From assembly GCA_016748015.1 (NCBI GenBank), contig JAAOMT010000690.1:248001-312000 (forward strand): a DNA stretch of 64,000 nucleotides, read 5' to 3'. Position 1 is the stretch's first letter; each line of letters opens with the position of its first letter. The DNA comes from Geosiphon pyriformis uo1 (lineage: Eukaryota > Fungi > Glomeromycota). The translations under genes were made by a program, and so were the position numbers. The notes under the pieces are model-generated. The model saw only the letters and a program-made list of their open reading frames with translations, did no database searches and was not told the DNA's origin. This document shows positions 52,601 through 64,000 of this stretch, piece after piece.

Positions 52601-55600
52601 CTTTTGCACACATGTGTATATGTAGATCTGCCTTTGATGGAAAGACTATAATATACTTCATTTTAAAAATGAGAAAGTTAGTTTTTTTTAATAATAATTT
52701 GCATTTCAATGAAAATTCTTAGGGTATTCCCTTTGCTATAATCTCTCATCAAATTAATATCATTGGTAAACTTCAAGGGAATACAATTGAATAAGATCTT
52801 GTAATTAAAAAAAAATTTCAAATTAAAAATTTTTCCAGAGAATTATGTATCAAATAAAACTTTCTTCGAATTTCCAAGCAAAAGTCAATCTGCAAGGAAA
52901 CTTCATTCACACACACACAAAATTTTAATGCTTTAATAAAAAATTAGTTTTATTTAATACTATTAAAGACTTAATTATTGAGCAACCAAAAATAAAATGA
53001 TTGGTGCTTTAAATGGGAAAAAGCTTTTAGTGCTTGTTGATTAGGTTTTTAACAACGTAGTACAATGCAGAATTCATCTGACCTTGCTTATTCATCCACA
53101 TTTTTTTGTTCAATTTTGTTTACAAACCTTGACTTATTTGATGACTTAAATAATAATTTATAGTTCTTGTTTTATTTTTTTTATTATGCTTTAACAAAGT
53201 ATAATCCAATTACTATTTAAATCCATTTAACATATATGATTTCTAGAACAGTAAAGAATATTAAATTTTTTTAATATTAAAATTATCCTTGGATCAAATA
53301 ATAAATTGACAAAAATTTTCAGAATTTTTTGATTTTCATTCTAGATGCAGTTTCCAAGATCCTTGTGTACAGAAATACTTCATTATTTGAAAATCTAGGG
53401 AACCATTTTTTCAATCCAATCAAATTATTTGTTTATTATGCCATTTTTTAAAGAAACAAATTAGATTTGTCTATATGAATGTTTTATTTCAAAGAATGAA
53501 TCAGACGTACAGAGGAAAATATTCTTGTATTAAATTGATCACTTTGTAAATGGTGAGGCATTCCAAGTATCATTGCACTGAAAATCATGAGAAGAATCCA
53601 GACTTTTAATTTTTTTATTATGTAGCATTTTTATTGGAGATGATCATCAATGTGCGATACCCTGCAGAAGATTAACCGCGCATTTTGCATAAGGCTTGGA
53701 ACTTTATTTACCCACTCCCCTCCCTCACGTGTTTACCATACTTATCCACTTGAGAAAATGGAATCCAACATTACGAATCCTTTTCAGTTTTCAAATAGAA
53801 TATTGATATTTGAATAACTTTTATTGCTTAATCAATTTTCAAAATGAACAGTATCGGTAACATATTTTTAATTCAAAGGTTCCCCTGCATAAAAATAATT
53901 TATTCCGGTTGAGCATAGCTTCTAAGTTTTTTGCGGAAATGCAGACAAAATTACACAACCCCATGAGACGAAATGTTCATAATAAATCAATATTTTTATT
54001 AAAGTAACCATTGAAATCAATGGATCATTTTATGAAGGGCTAGATGTTAATCTAGATGCTTAAAAACATTGCACAAACCGAAGAATATCTAGGGGAAATT
54101 TTTTCTGCATTGAAAATCAGATGATAAAAATTTCAGATTTTTTTTATATAAAATAATTATTATGAAAAATAAAATCTAATTTCAAACATTCTAATTAAAT
54201 TCATTGACCCATTTTTTTTTAGTTTACCGAAATTCCAAAATTCGGGTTTTTTCACGTTTTATTTTCAATTGGACCGAATCTATCAACATTGTGAATAAAC
54301 AAATGATCCTATTGGTTTGTCATGGTATGAATGCAGTGTCTTCATAAATCTCCCCTAGTTATCTTAGACTTAATTGAATAGATTACCGAAATAAGTCAAA
54401 TATTAAGTTCGAAATTAATCCATTTGTATTACAAATATTTAACGTGTTCTAATTCGAAAAAACCGCCCAACCAGCTGACTGTAACATTATTTATCTCGTA
54501 CATATTTCTTCAAAATTATATTCTCTCTATGAAGAAACTAGCATCTTTAGACATAGAAGGTAAGATAGATTTACGTAGTAATCTTGTAATCCTTTCATAA
54601 GTTAAACTTGAAATTAGCTAGAATTCTTGATTATTAATTTTCCTCAACCAGAGAGGTTTAATTCGGGCAAATTTCTATTTATTGCATTATTTATTTAATT
54701 TATTATATTAAAAATTATTTGTCATTCATATTTGTTTTACACACCAAAAATAGTAGATCAAAAAAAAAAGAAAACAAAATAATTTACATTGATATATCCA
54801 TATTTACAAGATTTCTAATAAGAAATCTTTCTTTCTTTCCAAAAATATTTTCGGCTTTAAATTAACCAAAATTGTAAGCGTTACTTATTTGGTGTCAAAT
54901 TGGATATTTTTCTTTTATAAATTCTATAATATCATTTTTCAAAAGTTGTGATTTAGTAAAGCATTGAGTTATTCTATTAATTTTTTTTTATAAAATCACA
55001 ATAAAAATCAAATGTTATGAAAAATATATATTTAAATTATACTTTTGAATTAACAGAAATCCATAGTCTGATCAATATCAATTATTATTTCTTTATATTA
55101 TCTACTTTTGATCCTTGATAAAATTTTCAATTTGTGATAATTATATTCAAACTTTATTTAACCTTATCATACTTGATGATAGTTTGTCTAAAATTTTTAA
55201 TTTAAAAGAATTCATTAAATATAAATGATTACGAATAAAAAAATTATTTTATTATATTTTCAGTTTATTCAAAAAAAAGTTTTAAAAATTCATTATCTTT
55301 TGTAATAAAATAAAACTTATACGATTGGTATTTTTTTTAATAATTTTTATATTTTCACCAAGTGACTCTATTAAGAAATATACTAATATTTATTTACATA
55401 TTACAATTTGTCACAATAATTTAATAAATTTTCTAATAATAAACAAGATTATCATGTTTAGTCTTAGATAGAAATTCATATTATTGTTTTTATAATATAT
55501 AATTGGGTTTCATGATAATATTTGTTACATTGATTATAAATTTAATATTATAAAAAAAATTACAGTTTTAAAAAAATTTTTATTAACAATTTTATGCAAT

Positions 55601-56372
55601 ATAATTATTATAAAATAGAAATGCTTATATCTATGAATATTTTATTCAATTATATAATAAAAGTTTTGAAATTAAATACTATGTTTCTTGGATAAAATTA
55701 AAACTATTTCTTATTTTTTTATCAATAAATATTTCTACAACTATATTATTTTTGCAAACATATTAATTATCAAATTCATAATGTATTATATTTGTAAAAC
55801 AATAATATTTTGATATTAGAATTTTACTGAAATTTAAGAATAAATATTAAGTTTATTAAATACTTTGAAAAAAGGAGTCAAAAAAGAAAAAAAAATAAAA
55901 ATAAATTAAAAGTTTAAAAAAAATGAGCCTTAAAGAATCAAATTTAAAAATTACAAACAAAATTTTGGCTAATAAATTTATTCAACAGATAAAAAACCAG
56001 ATTGAATTATTAGAATGATTAATTCAATATTATAATTTTTAATAAAATCAACACCAGGTCCAATAGATAAATTGGAAACTCAAGAATTAAAATACAGATA
56101 TTAAATATGTAAAAGTAAAAATGAGAAATAAACTAATATTTAAACATCAAAAAATCCAATGTAAAAAATGTTTAAAATTCTTATTTAAATATTTAATTTA
56201 AATTTATTTAAGATTCATCTTTTTGTCTTCAAAAATCTTTTCTATTTCTTGATATCAAAAAATTGTGCATTCAATGATATGACGGCATAATTTTTATTCA
56301 AACTTAAGTGGACTCATATGCTGGCTTCACAGATTTGCTGCTAGGATGTAATTTTCTCTAAATTTCCAAAAT

Positions 56373-56397
56373 ACCCCGCATTCATTGAATGCGGGGT
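56373..56397. repeat. GC-rich perfect inverted repeat (12-bp arms, 1-nt spacer)
   Basis: ACCCCGCATTCA-T-TGAATGCGGGGT. Confidence 0.9.
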
Positions 56398-59300
56398 CTC
56401 TTCCCACGTAAATGCAAGATTTTTGCCAAAAGATCAGAGAAAATTTAAATTTCTTTATTCCATTTATTTGATCATAAACTTAAAGCTATTTTGTAGGAGG
56501 TGCATTGTGAGCCCTATCGATCAAACGCTCCTCAGCCTTGATAACCAATCACTGGGATTGAATGCTTGAGGCGAGACTGAAAACAATGGAAATCTTGTTT
56601 TAGTTAATGCACGAATTTCAACAATCAAAAAATCTAAAGTTCAGCCTGATTAATAAGAACAATGGCCAATCTGGTACGATCCAAATCTATGAAAACTTTT
56701 TTAGTGTAATAGCACTTGCATTATTATGATACACACGTCGATGCTGAATGGTGATCAGAACAAAAATAAAATCGACATCAAGCATTTCCCTGAAAAAGAA
56801 ACCACGTGGAAGCTTCAGTGCACCATAGGCAGAATGGGAATCCGGGGTTGGTGCTGTCGGAAAAACTTTAGAGAAATCGACTGGTTTATTTCCATCTTTG
56901 AATATGTTCAATATATATGAAAGAAAATTTTAAATATTCAAAATGTTCAAGAGTTCTTTAAATGTATTGACGAAAGATTGTATCATTAAGATGATTCAAT
57001 TTTATTCAAATAATTTGAATTTAAATTTAAATTTAAGCTTAATTTTTGATGAGATTACTTGCTTTAAAATTGCAATAAAAAATTATTCTTGAGAAAATCT
57101 TCTTTCAATTTCAAAATTTTGGTTTCAAGAAAAGTAACCACAAATTAAGGCACACATACAGATTTTAGAAATCTAAATAGTTTTCCAAAAACCTTGTTTT
57201 TAATATGAAAAAATTTTAAATTATCAAAATTGATTAAAAGCATTTCTCAAATTTAGATTTTAATTCAAAGTATAAAACTATTAAAAAAAAAAAAAAAACA
57301 AGGGAATATTAAATATTTAATACTTTTCAAATTTATACCAAAAGTTGGATGTGAATTACTGTAAAAAATTTTTGCCTGACTCATTTTAAAAATTTGATAA
57401 AAGCTTTGAAGTCACAAATAATTACTCTATGTAATCCATCCAAGTTTTTAGGAAATTCAAAATTTTTCAGAATTCACTTTTATTAAAAGTTTATTACTCA
57501 TTCTAGAATCACAAAATTATTTGAAGATATGGTTTGTGGAAATAGGATCAAGAATTCTATCAACAGTAGTTTTTTGTAGTTATTCCCCTTATCAATAATG
57601 CATGTCAAAGGTTGAGTATCAACAGCGTGTGAAAACACAAAAATAATTTCCTTTTTTATTATTCCACGTGCCTGTGGCTGACACTGGCTAAGCTACATCG
57701 CATTTTTTGCTTCATACGCGCAAAAATCAAAAAGATGAAAATCAGTTTAGAAAGCAACGTTACATCAACATTGCAGTGTTTCTGAGATTTTCAGGGGAAA
57801 AATGATTCCACTGTTTACTAATTTTCTAGTTCGATTTACAAAAACGCCAAAATTCTAATATTTCAGTTGACTAATAGTTTAGAAATTAGAAAAATTTTCG
57901 TAGAATAAATATAAAAAATAAAATTTTTTTGAGTCACAAAAGTATATCTAAATACTTGAGCAAATATACATAATAGTTTTTAATTATAATAGCTACTCGA
58001 ATGAACAGATGCAGGGCAAAAAATTTTTTGAACTGTATGTGAATCTAAACTCTCGAAAGTCACTAGAATTGATTTGAATTTATTAAAGGGTGCATGTGTT
58101 TCAACTATATTTTATCCCACATTTCCAAAATGTGACAGGACACCGCATTTTTGTTTGTTCTTGAAAACAATTCAATCATTGTCTTACTTAAGGCTATCAC
58201 ATCAGTTACTAATTAAGAATCAGGTACTCTGCATAATAATTGGAAGAATATATTTTTTTAGAGGAAAGCCTTCGGGTTGAAAAAATCTAATTATCGAGCA
58301 CATTCAAAACGCCTTATTGACTATTTATCAAATGAAAATGTCGATTAATTAAAATTGAATTTCTTTTAACAATTTTAATTAAAATATTTATTATAGCTGC
58401 AAAAAAATATGATGCTTGTGTAACAAAAACCATTTTCCTGACCACTCATTCCAAACTCTGGAAAATAAATTTCTTAGCTATATCAATCCCCTTAAATCCA
58501 CTATTTTTCAAATTTTCTTTGGTTGTCTTGTGCAAACAATTCTTCCCATAAGCAAAATAAGAGTGTTTAAATGCCAAAATATTTTCATCGTCTATTCTAC
58601 CTAAGCTATATGATCACCTTTTCAACCTCCTCGTCTGTAGGATGTGAGATGATTTCGATATTCAAACCCTTTGTTATTTTCCTAACGATCTGGCGATAAT
58701 ACAATCAAAATGCAAAAAACTCGATATTTGAAATAGAGATGGCAATTGAGTCATCCCTATTTCCCTTTAGAATATATTATTTCGAACCTATTCAAATTGG
58801 CAGTTAACACGACCTCACACGCTATTTTATCTATGAACGAAACAATCGAACAATTTTTCGAAATTGCCATTTTGAACGAATTGATATGTCATAAACCGGT
58901 TTGTTGCTAGCCTTTTTGGTCTTTTCTTTGATTGTAATTCATTTAAAAGTTATTGATTTGATTATATTTTAAAGGCTTGTATATTCGTTAAACCTAACGC
59001 AATTTACAAACACGAACAGTCGTTGCCAATTGAAAAATTTTTAGATCTTATTTTGAAATTTGAGAAATAATTCGAATTAAAATGAACAAATTATTAATTA
59101 TATTGTAGCAATATGTATCTGATCAATTTTCTTTGACAAAAAAACTTCGAAATAACTGTTCCTAATGTTTATTGGTTAGGTTGGTTCCCAATATCCCTTC
59201 TTTTTCGCTTTACTTGGTATCGTTCTGTTTTCGAGAAATAAAGTACCTCTATTACCAAATTTTTTATCAGCGGTTTCATACTTGATCGAAAAAAAAAATT

Positions 59301-59666
59301 TCCAAATAAATATAAGAATCTAATTGCAAAAACTAAAAGGGACGCAAGTTGATAAATTAGACATAATGACTTTTTACTCGGTTGATTTAATTAAAACTAC
59401 GAGAAGTTATTTTTATTATTTTCCTCAAAACAAAAGTTTTAATTACTTGAAAAAAAAAATTATATAAATCTCAGTTTTAAATGGCAGTAATCATAAAATT
59501 TTAGAAATAGTCAGAAGCACATTCACGATTCAAGATATGAGCAGCTTTTGACAGATTTATTCATTTTTACAGGAAATTTTCCAATGAATTCGGTAAAGTC
59601 ACAGTATTCCTTTTCATGTCACATCCTTTTAAACTCTAAAGATAGTTTTAACTATGTGGCAAAGCT

Positions 59667-59725
59667 ATTATTTATTTATTTATTTATTAATTTATTAATT
59701 TATTTATTTATTGAATTTATTTATT
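59667..59725. repeat. (TTTA)n imperfect microsatellite
   Basis: Run of TTTA/ATTT units. Confidence 0.75.
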
Positions 59726-61850
59726 ATGACATGATAGTATAATTTTAAAATTATCTAGTAAAAAATTTGTCAAGTCCAAAAAAAAAGCTGCAGATGAACA
59801 AACACTTGCTTACTAAATTATTTGTTACTCTGCATAAGAGTCGACTCAATTAAAGAAAAAAAACTTAAAAATTTCTTTTTAGACTAAATCAAATTTGGAA
59901 AGTTTTTCACGGATGATTCAAACTATGTATTTTATATAAATGATGCTAATTAAATTTATTATTACACTAAAATCCAGTTTAGGATTTTTCTTAAAAGCGA
60001 CATTTGTTAAAAAAAAGATCAAACATAGATTTCTAATATTTTAAAGAATGAAAATACTTTTAGATATTTAAATTTGTAAGTTTTTCTTAAGGTTCCAATA
60101 TATCTTAATGATATTAATCTTAAGAAAAAATATAAATTTATGATTCAAAATTTTTGAAATGAATTTCATTGAAATCATATATTAAAAACAAAAGATAATT
60201 TTTTGTTTTAAGCTATAAAAATCATATTTTTTCAGTTGTTAATGTCATTAAGAGTAAATATTATTAATTAAGATCATTCTATTAAAGCTTGTGTTTATTC
60301 TTAAATAAACTAGCTATGTGAGAATAAGTGATTAAATGCACCAAAATTTATAATTTTAAAAATAAGAATTTTTTAGTTTTTTATCATTTAATATTAAAGA
60401 AATGATTCATTAGTTTTAAAATTATGACTATGTACATATATCTTTTACAAAATGCCAAAATTAACAATTTTATATGTTATTTATTAATCTTAATTATTCT
60501 TTAAATTCAATTAAACTAAACCTAACTTTAATTTTTTAAGTTATCACATGAAGTTGATATTAGTGACTCTATATATAGATCAACAATGTTTCCAAGACTG
60601 CAAAACTATAACACCAAACAACTGATACGAGACTTGGAGAAAAACAAATTCGACTTGAAATATTTGCTCTCTATGTCTAAAAAAACAAATTTCCAATTTC
60701 TTTTTTATGTTGAAGATATCTTTTGAATCTAAAATTTAAAGGTGTTGAATTCTTTAAAAGCGCTTTTTTATAACAGTTAAGCATTTTTATTTGAATTTTT
60801 TTCAGCTAATTGAAATTTTTGTTTTAACAAGACTCGCTAATTGTAGCATTCAAGAGAGAACCATTTAATTTTGGGAAATCAATTTTAAACTTTCTCTTTA
60901 GCCAACCTTATGGTGCCTTTGAAAACTATCACGAGCTCTTTTGTTTCCTTGAATTCGGTATGACACCGAACTGGTTTAACAACAATAGTAATAATAAATT
61001 TAATAACCGAATTGCTCCTAAAGATTTTAATTTAAAAGTTTTAATTTCCGAATACCAAGTATTACGGGAGCAGTTGGCGTATTTCAACCAGCTGAATTTT
61101 CAAAAAACTATGCAACTTTTGAACTAAAAGCGGTGGCAATATGTTTTTTAAAGAGATTAAGCAAAATCGATAAGATCGATTGCAAAATATGCAAATTTAT
61201 TGATCTTTCTAGCCTAAAAGCATCATTGTAAATTTCAATTTGCAAATTCCCTTCGATAATGAATAATTTCTTTGATTATACCAATCGATCATATCATCCT
61301 TTAAATTTTACTTCAAAAAGTATTTTTAGCAATCCCGAGAAATATCATTCCCTTTTAAAATCATCAAAACATCAAGGCATGTTTACACACTTCAAACCCG
61401 TGATATGTTCATCTATGAGTAACTGTTAGTATAACACACACAAGATGAAAACATTTCGTTCAAATTAAACTAAACTCAAAGAGTTAATACAAAATGATGA
61501 TTTTAGTTTTTGAACCGAGTGATTTGACCAAAGTAGAAACTGGTTTTGCGAGACCTGCCTTTAATTTTGCGGCAAAGGAAACTAAAGAGTTTAGAAGTGA
61601 TAACGAATAAATGGGGGATCTTTTTATCTCAGAGTTAAGTTACCTTATTTTATTTTCAATGATTAATTGATTGTCGTTCTGCAAGATTTCGAATTTAAAT
61701 GTGCTGAGACATCAAGCTTTATTATGTAAATTTTTAACTGTCACACGAATAAATTTGCTTTTATAGCCTTGTTTAAAAAATTATAAGAAAATGCTAATGA
61801 CCTAGGTTCCCTATATAAAATTAGTAGGGTAGACATAGGTATTGATTATT

Positions 61851-63056
61851 CTATTCAGCTAAAGCTTTAAGAAAAACAAAGGCGAGACCAAGATGGGCTT
61901 TTGTAGTTATATGTTGGGGATCCCAAAAGAAGTAATCTTCAGGGCTAGAACAAGGTTTCGCCGATTTGTCTATAACATACTTAAAACAGGCATCTTTTGT
62001 ATTTGTGATATCAGCGTACTGTTCTAAGCCAGTTGTATTCCTCTGGTATTTATTGTAATCAGCCGTGTAGATTATGGCATCAGGATATTTCGTTTTAAAA
62101 CTGGCGACGGAAGTTTTCAGGGCTTCATTGTGTTTGAGGTAAATTTCAAACGCTGCTGATTTTGATTCCTTCTTATTAACCAATTCGATGATGGGTAAAA
62201 GGGAGAAATCCGGGAGACTTGGTGCAAGGATATTTCGAATTCCGATTTCGTATAAGCTAACCCAGATTTTAGCAAGTCTTCCTACAACTTCCTCAGGCAC
62301 TGCTGATAGTTCAGTGGATTGATAATCTGATCCAACAGGCCAGGTCTATAAGAAAGTAAGAATTTTAAATTTTAATAATAATTTTTTCTGAAATGATTTA
62401 ATATTCATTTTGTCAAATAGCAAAGGAAAAGGACTCACAGCTACTAAGGTTTTGTTCAAATCAGTCCCAAATTTCAGTGTATCTTTGTATGATTCAACTT
62501 GCTGCTTGAGGCCTGGTATCTCGAGTTTCGTTTCGTTCAGTTGGAGAAAGCCTATACAAATAGATGCATATAAATTGTTATTAGGCATAAAAATTCTTGA
62601 TTTTAAATTTATTTAATTACCTTGAATCGCATCATTGCTTTGATTTAACGAAGAAAAAGTTTAACAATTTGTTAAATCTTTATCAGATAAAGATCGATCT
62701 CTTTCTTATTACATACTCTGTAGATGCCCCAGCATAAGCAAAGTCCTCAATCTCCGCGCCTAAAAAACTAGCAAGATATTCTGGCCACACTAGACCATTT
62801 GAAAAACGGCCTTGGTAGTAATCGTCGGTAACAAGATCAGTTCCTGCCAACTTGTAGGCATTTCCATTATCTAGAACAAAGAGAGTTTACTCATTTTGTT
62901 TACTAGGATGCGACTTTTTTCATTTTGACACTCACCTGAATATGAATCACCAAATACTACTAGCTTATTGAATTTTTTTCTTAAGGCAGGAAAGCCATCT
63001 GTTAACGAGGCACAAGCCAAAAAGGATACGAACAATGCAAAAAAGTATGAATTCAT
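61851..63056 (-). CDS. Secreted GDSL/SGNH lipase/esterase, paralog 5 (299 aa), catalytic triad retained
   Basis: Exons 63056-62936, 62870-62717, 62637-62621, 62551-62439, 62345-61851 total 900 nt. Motifs: LVVFGDSYSDNGN, GRFSNGLVWPEYL, DFAYAGA, WPVGSDY, YFFWDPQHIT. Confidence 0.93.
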
Positions 63057-64000
63057 GATAAAATTTCGAAATGAATTTTAAATTCTGACATAGTTTCTTC
63101 TTTTGGGCAACGAGATAATTTATATAATTTCGGCAAAAATTTCCCATAGTCATGACAAGTGTTATCAAGTCAAATATTTGATCAAACTTTTTGATTTGTT
63201 TCGACCAAGAAAATATAGTTATCATGTAACGTGCGGTATGTTTTCTAGCGTGTCGAAAGAAGATCTCGCAATATCGGCAGAAATTTTCATGAGAATCGGC
63301 AATTTCATTCAAAATTTTCTAATTGTGTCGGATATTGTTCCCAAAAAATCTGATGCATAAAAAGGTTGACTGTCTGTTGTGATTTGAAATCAAAAATCAC
63401 TTTCAATAATAATAACTTGAACGATCTATCAATAACTTATTTTGCACACTAGTTAGATTTTGCCTTTTAAAGATTCAAATCTGAAGGCAAGATTTGTCTT
63501 TCTTTGTTGCCAAATAATACTCTATTCATTTGACGCTATTGAATGAAGGTATAAGACTTTTCTTTGTGAATTATTAAGCAATTTCTCTGTTGACCTCTAT
63601 CAAAATTTAGATTTTCTAATACCCATTGTCAATCTGATATGAAACAAACATTGAGCGACAAGCAAAAAATTAACTAGAAGGAATTTTTTCCTTAATGAAA
63701 AACATTCCAAGTTGAAGAATTCTTTTATATGCTTGAATGAAATAGCAATGTGGATTTTTAATTACTTACCTCCCATTATATATCTTCTAAATCAAGAACG
63801 ATGCTTGAGATCTTGAAAGATTCTCAATTAATAATAAGCATTAAAATATTAAATCAATAAATCATACACAATAGTTAAAATTACCCATATCATTGCATGT
63901 AAACTTTAACTATGAAAAATCCTTCTAGTTCCAAAAAATTTCCATTATTAAAATTCTTTAAGTATTTAATATGGTAAGATTTTTCATTTTGATTAATATA

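Noticed and set aside
51750-54270. Weak inverted similarity around ACCCGAA motifs at ~51775 and ~54242 as possible element ends
   Set aside because: Too short and AT-rich to distinguish from chance, and no transposase remnant was recognised between them.
56490-56530. Minus-strand LIDRAHNA resembling the TnpB/Fanzor DRDxNA motif near the palindrome
   Set aside because: The catalytic Asp is absent, there is no preceding CxxC zinc finger, and the frame is closed by stops. Not enough to call a Fanzor.
1-64000. CRISPR arrays, rRNA, tRNA or prokaryotic operons
   Set aside because: None seen. The genes have spliceosomal introns and the repeats are microsatellites or transposon relics.

Overview
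Very AT-rich, intron-containing eukaryotic DNA. It is most consistent with an early-diverging fungus of the Glomeromycotina/Mucoromycota type, inferred from the kinase-Sel1 gene architecture, short GT-AG introns and repeat content. The ORF track splits most genes, so I rebuilt the spliced models by hand. The main content is a dispersed cluster of five secreted GDSL/SGNH lipase-esterase paralogs (9.8-11.0 kb -, 31.5-32.7 kb +, 36.2-37.5 kb -, 41.5-42.8 kb -, 61.9-63.1 kb -). All five share one 5-exon structure with a 17-23 nt micro-exon, and all five splice into uninterrupted ORFs of about 295-306 aa. The most striking result is a graded loss of active-site residues. One copy keeps all four S-G-N-H residues. 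Two keep the Ser/Asp/His triad but have altered oxyanion residues. Two have lost both catalytic Ser and His while remaining intact genes, so they are candidate secreted pseudoenzymes. Other genes are a 6-exon multi-pass membrane protein (DUF6534-like), a small F-box-like gene and a kinase-Sel1 pseudogene. Mobile DNA includes several Tc1/mariner relics, one nested with its empty site visible in the paralogous flanks, and an LTR-bounded chromodomain Ty3/Gypsy retrotransposon (14257-19104, GTTTT target-site duplication) almost erased by RIP-like C>T/G>A hypermutation. There are also microsatellites and two unexplained GC-richer islands.
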